64,000 nucleotides of DNA from contig JBBRSO010000004.1 in assembly GCA_038245405.1 (NCBI GenBank), positions 1,216-65,215 of the forward strand. The letters are read 5' to 3'. Both the position numbers and the translations under genes were made by a program. This DNA comes from Bacteroidales bacterium (lineage in GTDB: Bacteria; Bacteroidota; Bacteroidia; Bacteroidales; VadinHA17). This document shows, in pieces, positions 37,806-47,300 of the stretch; within the stretch, counting starts at the first letter, position 1; each line of letters starts with the position of its first letter. The notes under the pieces are model-generated. The model was not told the DNA's origin and made no database searches. It was given only the letters and a program-made list of their open reading frames with translations.

Positions 37806-37848
37806 TTTTTATTCCGAATCGGAGGATCCTGATAGAAAATCGTAATTA

Positions 37849-38247
37849 TTAAAGCTTTACGTTGCTGCTGATCTTTGCTGCTATAGCTTTAAATTCATCA
37901 GGAGAAAATTTTAGCTTTTTATTCCTGAAGTTTACGTCCTCCATTGTATCCATTGGAATAAGATGGATATGTACATGCGGTACTTCAAGTCCAAGGATTA
38001 TTACAGCAATACGATTACATGGAATAACGCTTTTTATTGCCAGTGCTACTTTTTTTGAGAATAATATCATCGCGCTTAGACTTACATCGTCAAGATCGAA
38101 AATATAATCGGTCTCTTTTTTTGGTATAATCAGTGTATGTCCTTCCTTCAGTGGATTGATGTCGAGGAATGCAAAAAAATCTTCATTTTCAGCTATCTTA
38201 TAGGACGGTATTTCTCCTTTTATGATTTTTGAAAAAATGGTTGGCAT
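37849..38247 (-). CDS. HIT-family (histidine triad) protein
   Basis: The track ORF extends to 38280; the likely start is MPTIFSKIIKGEIPSYKI at 38247. Histidine triad HVHIHLIP. Confidence 0.9.
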   Translation of the reverse strand: MPTIFSKIIKGEIPSYKIAENEDFFAFLDINPLKEGHTLIIPKKETDYIFDLDDVSLSAMILFSKKVALAIKSVIPCNRIAVIILGLEVPHVHIHLIPMDTMEDVNFRNKKLKFSPDEFKAIAAKISSNVKL

Positions 38248-38254
38248 GGTATTA

Positions 38255-38728
38255 TTAAATTGAAATAGAAATAATTTCAAATGGTATGGTACCAGAAGGT
38301 ACTTTAATCTTAACTATATCTCCCACTTTCTTGCCAATAAGACCCTGGGCAATCGGGGAACTAACAGCAATCTTACCAAGTTTAAAATTTGCCTCGCTCT
38401 CCGGGACAATCAGATATTCCATTACAGTATTATTTGTCTGGTTTTTGATCTTCACCCTGTTGAGCAATCTAACAGATGAAGTGTCTATCTTTGATTCATC
38501 AAGAATACGTGAACGTGCCACAATATCATCGAGTTTAGATATTCTTAACTCAAGCATACCCTGGGCTTCTTTAGCAGCTGAATATTCGGCATTTTCAGAA
38601 AGATCGCCTTTATCCCTCGCATCTGCTATCTGCCTTGAAATTGAAGGTCTCTCAACATTTCTCAGATGGTCGAGTTCCTCTTTCAGCTTCTGAAGACCTT
38701 CTACAGTCACATAAATAACCTCTGACAT
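38255..38728 (-). CDS. greA: Transcription elongation factor GreA
   Basis: 157 aa. N-terminal coiled coil with DLSENAEYSAAKEAQ, and a C-terminal FKBP-like domain. Confidence 0.95.
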   Translation of the reverse strand: MSEVIYVTVEGLQKLKEELDHLRNVERPSISRQIADARDKGDLSENAEYSAAKEAQGMLELRISKLDDIVARSRILDESKIDTSSVRLLNRVKIKNQTNNTVMEYLIVPESEANFKLGKIAVSSPIAQGLIGKKVGDIVKIKVPSGTIPFEIISISI

Positions 38729-38744
38729 TTTTCTCTATTATATT

Positions 38745-38779
38745 AAAAAATAAGAAGAATTCCGGGGTCTCCGGAACTC
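38745..38779 (-). terminator. Rho-independent terminator after the Lys-rich protein gene
   Basis: The minus strand reads GAGTTCCGG-AGACC-CCGGAATTC followed by TTCTTATTTTTT. Confidence 0.7.
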
Positions 38780-38869
38780 TTCAAGAACAAATATACAAGT
38801 TTTTTTATTTATCTGCAAATAAAATTCCCGAGAATTAACTTTTACAAGTCTTTAACCTTCAATACTTTC

Positions 38870-39250
38870 TCAATCATATTTTTTACGTGCTTTTTTTGAT
38901 TCAGAATTTACTTTTCTACGCTTACTCTTATCCCTGACAGATAAATCTTTCTTGTTTTGTTTCATACGTTCCCGGACATCGGGAGACTGAATATCGTAGG
39001 TTCTTTTCCGCGATTTTTTCACTGCTGTTGCACTCTCTTTTTTCAGGCTACGCTCATTGGCTTCCTGTTGCTTTTTAGCTTTTACGACTGAACGCGGCTC
39101 TCTTACTTTTGGTGCTTTCTTTTTTATACTCGTTTTACCAAACAATTGCTTCTCCGGGTTCTTTTTAAATATCTGTGCATTACCCTGAAAAGTAATTATT
39201 GACAACATAAAAAATACCAGCAAAACATCTTTAATGGTTAATCTATTCAT
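38870..39250 (-). CDS. Hypothetical secreted, highly basic (Lys/Arg-rich) protein
   Basis: 126 aa. Signal peptide (LLVFFMLSIITFQGNAQ), then low-complexity K/R/E-rich sequence. Confidence 0.6.
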   Translation of the reverse strand: MNRLTIKDVLLVFFMLSIITFQGNAQIFKKNPEKQLFGKTSIKKKAPKVREPRSVVKAKKQQEANERSLKKESATAVKKSRKRTYDIQSPDVRERMKQNKKDLSVRDKSKRRKVNSESKKARKKYD

Positions 39251-39331
39251 TTTCAGCTCTTACAATATATATTTTACAATTACGTTAATGTTCCGGTGCT
39301 AATATTAAATTTGCACTGTTATATAATCCGG

Positions 39332-39808
39332 ATGTCTCTATATTCAAAAATAAGATTTTTTTCTGTTACGATTGCATTTGCTCTAACGATTTGTTCATGT
39401 AATAAAAAGAACGATGTAGTTCCTGATACTTATGTGAATTTCAGCCTTAACCTGAACGATCCGGAATTTATCAATCTTAGTTCCTTTGGAGGTTCAGTAA
39501 CTGTAGATTCTCACACCAACAACTGGGGAACAGCAGCTGCAGGGTATGATGGCAATGGGATAATCATTTGTTACGGTGTAGAAGAATTCTATGCCTATGA
39601 CCGCACCTGCCCTCACGATTACACAACCAACAACCTGAGCATAAAGGTGAAGATCGATCCGTCAAATTCAATGATAGGTATTTGCCCGAAATGTGGTACC
39701 AAATACGGACTTACTGTAGGTGGCACTCCTGTAGAAGGTGTTGGACGGTACCCTCTTAAAAACTACAGAACAAGTTTCGTTGGAAACTATGTAACTGTCT
39801 ATAATTAA
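39332..39808 (+). CDS. Hypothetical lipoprotein with a CPH...CPKC metal-binding-like motif
   Basis: The track start 39296 is GTG. ATG 39332 gives MSLYSKIRFFSVTIAFALTICSC (lipobox). YDRTCPHDY...GICPKCGTKY resembles a Rieske-like or zinc-ribbon site. Confidence 0.6.
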   Translation: MSLYSKIRFFSVTIAFALTICSCNKKNDVVPDTYVNFSLNLNDPEFINLSSFGGSVTVDSHTNNWGTAAAGYDGNGIIICYGVEEFYAYDRTCPHDYTTNNLSIKVKIDPSNSMIGICPKCGTKYGLTVGGTPVEGVGRYPLKNYRTSFVGNYVTVYN

Positions 39809-39820
39809 AAAAATCCTGTA

Positions 39821-39842
39821 GGGACATGTCGCGACCTGTCCC
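39821..39842. terminator. Hairpin between convergent genes (likely terminator for ahcY)
   Basis: GGGACA-TGTCGCGACC-TGTCCC. On the minus strand it is followed by TACAGGATTTTTTT. Confidence 0.6.
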
Positions 39843-39844
39843 GA

Positions 39845-41260
39845 TTAGTATCTGTAATGATCAGCTTTATATGGCCCCATCTTTGGAACACCAATATAAT
39901 CCGATTGGTCCTTTGAAAGAATTGTGAGTTTAACTCCAAGCTGATCAAGATGCAATCTCGCAACTTCCTCATCAAGATATTTTGGAAGCCTGTACACCCC
40001 GATCTCATACTTGTTTTTCCAGAGGTCGATCTGTGCAAGAGTCTGATTGCTGAACGAGTTGCTCATCACGAAAGATGGATGTCCTGTAGCGCAACCAAGA
40101 TTCACAAGTCTTCCCTCGGCAAGGATGTATATTGCATGTCCGTCGGGAAAAAGATATTTATCTACCTGTGGCTTGATATTGATCTTTTTGATTCCCTTAT
40201 ATTCATCTAAATTATCTACCTGGATCTCGTTATCAAAGTGGCCGATATTACAAACTATCGACTGATCCTTCATTTTCAGCATATGTCCAAGTGTAATAAT
40301 ATCCTTATTACCTGTAGCCGTGACGTAAATATTAGCTTCGTGCAGAGTATCTTCAACAGTCTGAACTTCAAATCCTTCCATGGATGCCTGAAGAGCACAT
40401 ATAGGGTCTATCTCAGTTACTATTACCCTTGCTCCATACGATTTCATCGATTTGGCACAGCCCTTGCCAACATCACCATATCCGCACACTACCACAACTT
40501 TTCCGGCAAGCATAACATCTGTTGCTCTTTTTATACCGTCAGCAAGTGATTCCCGGCACCCATAAAGGTTGTCGAATTTTGACTTAGTGACAGAGTCATT
40601 CACATTAATTGCAGGAACAAGTAATTCGCCCGCTTCCATCATCTGGTATAATCTGTGTACACCAGTGGTTGTCTCTTCGGAGATACCCTTAAGCTCGCTT
40701 ACTGCACGTTTCCATTTTCCAGGCTCTTTTGCCAGAAGTTCCTTAAGAGTATTGAATATTATACCTTCTTCCCTGCTTGATGGTTTAGCATTAAGAATCT
40801 CCGGATTTTTTTCGGCTTTATATCCGAGATGCACCATAAGTGAAGCATCGCCACCATCATCTACAAGAAGATTTGGACCTTTACCGCCGGGAAAAGTAAG
40901 CGCCTGAGCGGTACACCACCAATATTCTTCCAGAGTCTCTCCTTTCCAGGCAAAAACCGGAACTCCACTCGCAGCTATAGCTGCAGCTGCGTGATCCTGA
41001 GTAGAGAAAATGTTACAGCTTGCCCATCTTACATCTGCCCCCAGGGCGACTAATGTTTCGATCAGAACAGCGGTTTGTATTGTCATATGCAATGAACCTG
41101 TTATACGCGCCCCTTTCAGCGGCTGTTCATCAAAATATTTTTTCCTTATTGCCAGTAAACCAGGCATTTCTTTTTCAGCAATTTCTATTTCTTTCCTGCC
41201 AAATTCAGCAAGTGACATATCCTTTACCTGGTAATGTAGGGCTTCAGTTTTTACATTCAT
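39845..41260 (-). CDS. ahcY: Adenosylhomocysteinase
   Basis: The track start 41284 is GTG; ATG 41260 gives [28 protein letters not shown] site [12 protein letters not shown]. Confidence 0.95.
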   Translation of the reverse strand: MNVKTEALHYQVKDMSLAEFGRKEIEIAEKEMPGLLAIRKKYFDEQPLKGARITGSLHMTIQTAVLIETLVALGADVRWASCNIFSTQDHAAAAIAASGVPVFAWKGETLEEYWWCTAQALTFPGGKGPNLLVDDGGDASLMVHLGYKAEKNPEILNAKPSSREEGIIFNTLKELLAKEPGKWKRAVSELKGISEETTTGVHRLYQMMEAGELLVPAINVNDSVTKSKFDNLYGCRESLADGIKRATDVMLAGKVVVVCGYGDVGKGCAKSMKSYGARVIVTEIDPICALQASMEGFEVQTVEDTLHEANIYVTATGNKDIITLGHMLKMKDQSIVCNIGHFDNEIQVDNLDEYKGIKKINIKPQVDKYLFPDGHAIYILAEGRLVNLGCATGHPSFVMSNSFSNQTLAQIDLWKNKYEIGVYRLPKYLDEEVARLHLDQLGVKLTILSKDQSDYIGVPKMGPYKADHYRY

Positions 41261-41308
41261 TCTTCGAGTTATTTTTGAGTTCACAAAGTTAACAAAAACA
41301 ATTAATTT

Positions 41309-42247
41309 TCAGACTAACAGATGCAGAGTCTCATTTTTATCATTATTCATCTGCTCTGTCAGCTGCTGGAGATTATCAAATTTCTTCTCATCTCTTAGCC
41401 TTTTTCTGAAGACAACTGAGATTTCGTGGCCGTATATATTGCCTTCAAAATTGAGAACATGTACTTCTATGCTTCTGAAACCAGGATCGGTGTTAACAGT
41501 CGGATTTGTTCCAATGCTCAACATTCCCGGGTATTTTAGATGCCCAAGGAATACCTCTACAGCATAAACACCATTACAAGGAATAAGCTTATGATCAGAG
41601 ATGGGTTTGATGTTTGCTGTAGGAAATCCAATATCCCGTCCAATCCGGCGGCCTTCAATTACAGTTCCTGTCAATGAATATGAATAACCAAGCCATTTAT
41701 TAGCATCATCGAGATTCCCCGAGAGCAGGGCTTCCCGAATGGCCGAAGAACTTATTATGCCTTCCGTAGTTTTAAATCCCTGTACCTGCTCTACACTAAA
41801 ATCAAGGTCCTTAGCACATTCCTTTATTGTATTGAAATCTCCTTCCCCTTTCCGCCCGAAATGATGATCGTAACCAATAATAAGATTTTTGGTCGCGATC
41901 TTACCTACTAGGATGTCTTTTATGAAATCACAAGCAGAAATATTACTGAACTCCTTTGTAAATTCTATTATAATAAGATGATCAATTCCGGCATTCTTCA
42001 GCAAATTCTTTTTTTCATCAATGGTTGTAAGAAAAAACAGCCCTGAAGTATTCCTGTCAAGGACAAGTCTCGGGTGAGGTGAGAATGTGATCACAACAGA
42101 TTCAGATCGTGTTTCCTTCGCCCGGGCAACCAGATAATCCAGCAGAGCCATGTGACCGAGATGGACTCCATCAAAGATACCCAGAGTAACTACCGGAGAA
42201 TGGAGACTCAGGTTTTCATATCCTTCGTGAATTATCATACTAAGCAT
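41309..42247 (-). CDS. ribF: Bifunctional riboflavin kinase / FMN adenylyltransferase
   Basis: 312 aa. LGIFDGVHLGH in the N-terminal FAD synthetase domain and a C-terminal riboflavin kinase domain (GFPTANI). Confidence 0.9.
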   Translation of the reverse strand: MLSMIIHEGYENLSLHSPVVTLGIFDGVHLGHMALLDYLVARAKETRSESVVITFSPHPRLVLDRNTSGLFFLTTIDEKKNLLKNAGIDHLIIIEFTKEFSNISACDFIKDILVGKIATKNLIIGYDHHFGRKGEGDFNTIKECAKDLDFSVEQVQGFKTTEGIISSSAIREALLSGNLDDANKWLGYSYSLTGTVIEGRRIGRDIGFPTANIKPISDHKLIPCNGVYAVEVFLGHLKYPGMLSIGTNPTVNTDPGFRSIEVHVLNFEGNIYGHEISVVFRKRLRDEKKFDNLQQLTEQMNNDKNETLHLLV

Positions 42248-42344
42248 TATAAGTCTGCAAAATTAATAAAGCCTGTGGAAATGAAAGAAATAAATGATTT
42301 TGTTTTAGTATTTTTATGAAAGAATTTCAATATTGCCAATCGAC

Positions 42345-44372
42345 ATGAATACAACAAGTTTCTATCAGTCCGATCCGTGGTTAAACCCATTTACGGAAGT
42401 TATCGACCGGCGTTTTGCAAAATGTCTGTTAAAAGAAAAACTACTTGTTGGAAATGGTACTATTTGCGATTTTGCCATGGGGCACTATTACTATGGTCTT
42501 CACCGGACTAATGATGCCTGGGTATTCAGAGAATGGGCACCAAATGCACAAAGCATTTACATTATAGGAAATTTTACACGGTGGCAAGAGAAGCCGGACT
42601 TTAAGATGGAGAGAATTAATTCCATGGGAGACTGGGAATTATACATGCCATTATCACTTCTGAATCATGGTGATCTTTTTAAGCTTTCAATCCGATGGGA
42701 AGGCGGAGGCGGGGAACGTATTCCTTCCTATGCAAACCGGGTTGTTCAGGATGAGCAGACAAAGATATTTTCAGCACAAGTGTGGCAACCGGAAAAAAGC
42801 TACGCCTGGAAATGTGACAGTTTTGTCTCCGGATCCCCAGCACCGGTTATCTATGAGGCACACATCGGGATGGCCACTACTGAAGAGAAAACAGGTACTT
42901 ACCGTGAATTCACTGAAAATGTGCTGCCGATGATAAAAAAATCGGGCTACAACACTATACAGCTCATGGCTGTTCAGGAACATCCTTTTTATGGTTCTTT
43001 TGGCTATCATGTCTCAAGCTTTTTTGCAGCCTCATCACGCTTTGGCACACCCGAAGATCTTAAAGAACTGGTTGATAAAGCACATCTTGAAGGAATAAGG
43101 GTGATAATGGACCTTGTTCATTCGCATTCAGTAAGAAACATAATTGAAGGGTTGGGGCTGTTTGACGGGTCATTGGGCCAGTATTTTCATTCTAATGAAA
43201 GAAGATATCATGTTGCATGGGATTCGCTGTGTTTCGATTATGGTAAAGATAATGTCATTCATTTTCTGCTTTCAAACTGCCGCTACTGGCTCGAAGAATA
43301 TAAGTTTGACGGCTTCCGTTTTGATGGGATCACGAGTATGATATATTACGATCACGGGCTGGAAAAGAATTTTACTTCATATAATGAGTATTTTGATGGC
43401 AATCAGGATGAAGATGCTCTGGTCTATCTTTTCCTTGCGAATAAACTGATCCATAAATTTAAGCCCTCAGCCATTACCATAGCTGAGGAGATGAGCGGCA
43501 TGCCGGGTATTGCTGCGGATACTGAAAAAATGGGAACAGGTTTCGATTTCAGATTATCGATGGGGGTGCCTGATTTCTGGATTAAACTGATAAAGGAGAC
43601 TGCTGATGAAAACTGGGATATAGGGAAGCTCTATTATGAACTCACCCAGCACCGCCCTGAAGAGAAAATAATATCCTATTGCGAATCTCATGACCAAGCA
43701 TTGGTTGGAGATAAGACTCTGATATTCAGAATGATTGACGCCGAGATGTATTCAGGAATGAATAAATCGTATCACAGTATTGTGGTAGATCGTGGAATTG
43801 CTCTGCATAAAATGATCCGACTCATTACTTTCAGCACTTCAGGTGGCGGGTATCTTAACTTCATGGGAAATGAGTTTGGTCATCCCGAATGGATAGATTT
43901 TCCGAGGGAAGGGAATAACTGGAGCTATAAATATGCCAGGCGACAATGGCAGCTTGCCCTCAATGAGGACCTTAAGTACTCCTTTCTTCTGGAATTCGAC
44001 AGGAAGATGGTGAAATTACACAACGATTTTAAAATCCTTGATGATCTGGCCATTTACAGGATATATGAAAATAATTTTGATAAAGTTATCGCCTACATGA
44101 GAGGCGACCTTCTGTTTGTCTTTAACTTTAGTCCAACTGCATCATTTACAGACTATGGAATTCCCTTGACCGGGAAATTCAGAATTGTACTTGATACAGA
44201 TGATCCTTGTTTCGGAGGATTCAACAGAATTGACAGGAATGAAGTATACATTTCAATACGGAAGGCATCCATAAATGTAATTAATGCTCCACTATATCTA
44301 TATCTGTATCTGCCAGCCAGAACGGCTCTTGTATTCAGGAAAGAACCGATCCGGCGGGCAACAGATATTTAA
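42345..44372 (+). CDS. glgB: 1,4-alpha-glucan branching enzyme (GH13, eukaryote-like subfamily)
   Basis: The track start 42333 is TTG and the ATG is at 42345. FREWAPNAQSIYIIGNFTRW, DGFRFDGITSM and CESHDQALVGDKT are GH13 branching-enzyme regions. Confidence 0.85.
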   Translation: MNTTSFYQSDPWLNPFTEVIDRRFAKCLLKEKLLVGNGTICDFAMGHYYYGLHRTNDAWVFREWAPNAQSIYIIGNFTRWQEKPDFKMERINSMGDWELYMPLSLLNHGDLFKLSIRWEGGGGERIPSYANRVVQDEQTKIFSAQVWQPEKSYAWKCDSFVSGSPAPVIYEAHIGMATTEEKTGTYREFTENVLPMIKKSGYNTIQLMAVQEHPFYGSFGYHVSSFFAASSRFGTPEDLKELVDKAHLEGIRVIMDLVHSHSVRNIIEGLGLFDGSLGQYFHSNERRYHVAWDSLCFDYGKDNVIHFLLSNCRYWLEEYKFDGFRFDGITSMIYYDHGLEKNFTSYNEYFDGNQDEDALVYLFLANKLIHKFKPSAITIAEEMSGMPGIAADTEKMGTGFDFRLSMGVPDFWIKLIKETADENWDIGKLYYELTQHRPEEKIISYCESHDQALVGDKTLIFRMIDAEMYSGMNKSYHSIVVDRGIALHKMIRLITFSTSGGGYLNFMGNEFGHPEWIDFPREGNNWSYKYARRQWQLALNEDLKYSFLLEFDRKMVKLHNDFKILDDLAIYRIYENNFDKVIAYMRGDLLFVFNFSPTASFTDYGIPLTGKFRIVLDTDDPCFGGFNRIDRNEVYISIRKASINVINAPLYLYLYLPARTALVFRKEPIRRATDI

Positions 44373-47300
44373 TCTATCCAGCGAAGAAGGTAAAAATCCT
44401 GCTTGTGGGGAAGATCTTTATGCTTTGGATAAATCCGTATGCCATAAAAGAATGAACCTGCTTTTTCAGGAACAAGATTAGTCCTGTAAAGACATTTCCC
44501 ATTCTTACAACTTACAAGCTTAAACTCCTCACTGTCAACAAATTCATGAATACCTCTCTTATTGAGGTGTGTTATAATAAATTCTACACCCACGTATTCA
44601 TTAGGTATTCCTTTTACATCGAGCGCGATCTCGGCCCTGTAATCATGCCCCGAACGGTATACGTTCTCTCCTGCTTTCTCAAGACTGTAATTCAGGACTT
44701 CAATATTATCCCACTTATCTCTTATGTCCTTTTTCCAAGCTGCCAGCTCCTTTGCTTTCTCGAAGTTATTGGATATAAGGTATTTATTCCGCTTAAAGAG
44801 CTTTGTATAATACCTTTCGTAATAGTCGTCGATCATCCTTTTCATTGTAAATTCCGGAGCAATCTTTACCATGGTATTTTTTATCAGACTAACCCATTCG
44901 ACAGGTACTTTTTGTTCGTTGAATGAATAATAAGCAGGAACTATCTCATATTCAAGCATGTTATAAATAGTTTCAGCATCGATATCATCCTGCAGATCCT
45001 GATCCTCGTAAGTTCTTTTCTTCGGAAGAGCCCATCCTGCAAATGCCCTGTAACCTTCAACCCACCATCCGTCAAGAACGCTAAAATGTATTGTGCCGTT
45101 CATTACGGCTTTCTCTCCGCTGGTTCCGGATGCTTCGAGTGGCCGCGTAGGTGTATTTAGCCATATATCAACTCCTCTTGTCAGATACTTGGCCAATTCA
45201 ATATCATAATTTTCAAGGAATATCACCTTTCCTGTAAACTGCGGCATTTGTGATATTTCAAAAACTCTTTTTATCAGGTCTTTGCCGCCTCCGTCGTTGG
45301 GATGAGCCTTCCCTGAATATATAAACTGTACAGGTCTCTGAGGGTTATTCACGATACGGGCTAAACGGTCGAGATCGCGGAAAAGCAAAGATGCCCGTTT
45401 GTATGTTGCAAACCTTCGTGCAAAACCTATCGTAAGAGCCTTTTCGTCAAGATGGTTACTGATACTTAACAATGTATGCGGACTGACATGTTTTTCAATC
45501 ATATCAGTCTGCAGGCGCTTCCTGATATTTGTAAACAGACTCTTTTTCAGACTGGTCTTTATTTCATATATCTTTTTGTCATCAACAGTATACAGTTTTT
45601 CCCAAAGATCTCTGTCTGTCTGATCAAAATTCACGCTTCCGGTAAGTTTCCCATAAAGATCCCTCCATTCAGGAGCGGTCCAGGTAGGGTGGTGAACACC
45701 ATTAGTAACATACCCGATGAAAAGTTCTTCTTTCAGATAGCCTGGCCAAAGCTTATTAAACATTCCCTGGCTTACTTCTCCATGAAGCTTACTTACACCA
45801 TTTATTTCCTGCGACATTCTTGCTGCCAGGTAGCTCATATTGAATTTCTTATCCGGGTCACCCTCACATTGTCCAAGTGCCATGAGCTCGCTCCAGCTGA
45901 TGGTCAGCCGGCTGTGATAATGTGAAATATACTTTCTCAGAAGGTCTTCTTCAAAGGCGTCGTGGCCAGCAGGAACAGGTGTGTGAGTTGTAAATAGAGT
46001 GGACGATCTCACTGCCTCGAGTGCCTCATTAAACGTGAGGTGCTGGTTGGATATAAGACCTCTCATTCGTTCAAAACTAATAAAAGCTGAATGGCCTTCA
46101 TTGCTGTGATAAACATCAGGATTGAGGCCCATTGCTACCAGCGCCCTTATGCCTCCAATTCCGAGAATAAGCTCCTGTCTCAGACGGTTTTCATTGTCTC
46201 CGCCATAAAGGTAATGAGTTACTGTCCTGTCTTCATATAAATTATCATCAAAATCAGTATCGAGGAGCACAAGCCTTACTTTACCTACCATCGCTTCCCA
46301 TACCCTGATCTTAACTGTTCTTCCCGGCCATACCAGGCTTACAAATAAATGATTGCCATCGGAGTCTTTTACCGGGCTTATCGGAAGACGGGAAAAATCC
46401 TCTGCATCATATATTGATAACTGTTCTCCCCTAGGTCCGAGCTTTTGTTTGAAATAGCCATAACGGTACAATAAACCGACACCTGTAATATTGAGATTCG
46501 AATCGCTGGCTTCTTTAAGATAATCTCCTGCCAATATGCCAAGACCACCTGAGTAGATTTTTAGGCATGGGTGGATACCAAATTCCATGCTGAAATAAGC
46601 TATTGAAGGGAGCAAATCGTTGTTAGGTCTGTCGGTATAGGCTCTGAAAATTTCGGTTATGCGTTGCAGTTCGTTTACAAAATCCTCATCGTCTTCCAGT
46701 ACAAGTAGTCGTTTATAGTCAATTTTTTCAAGAAGCAATTTCGGATTATGTCTTATACCATCCCAGAGAGACGGATCCATGCTTTTAAAGAGCGTTTCAG
46801 CCTCAATGTTCCACGACCACCAAAGGTTGTTGGCAAGGGTTTTTAATGAAGCGAGCTTTTCGGGAACATCACTCTGAACATAGATATCTTTCCATACCGG
46901 AACCTGGTGAGGTTTACGGATATGAATACCTCCTGATTCAACAAATAGGGTAAATTCTCTTGGTTCATCCCTCCTGTCATTGCTCTGATCAAGGGCAAAA
47001 TCATATGCATTGAAATAATGGCTCACCAGGTTGTCCCAGAGAGCGATTCGTGATATAGCGTGTGCTTTTTCCCTTGCTTCATAACGATCTCTGTCATTAA
47101 GACCAATAAAGAGCGTCATGAACTCGACCATTTCCTTTATAACATCACTCTCGTTATCATCATTACGTTCAATAACTGAAATACCGTTTCCCGGATTCTC
47201 AAAATAAGTTCTTACCCACAAGCCGAAACCTGAAAGCGATGTTGTAACAGTTGGAATAGAGAACATCAGACTTTCGAGAGGTGTGTAACCCCATGGCTCA

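Noticed and set aside
41261-41308. Searched for an SAH riboswitch upstream of ahcY
   Set aside because: Only ~48 nt separate the ahcY ATG from the ribF stop. That is too short for the riboswitch, and no suitable pseudoknot-forming GC-rich segments are visible.
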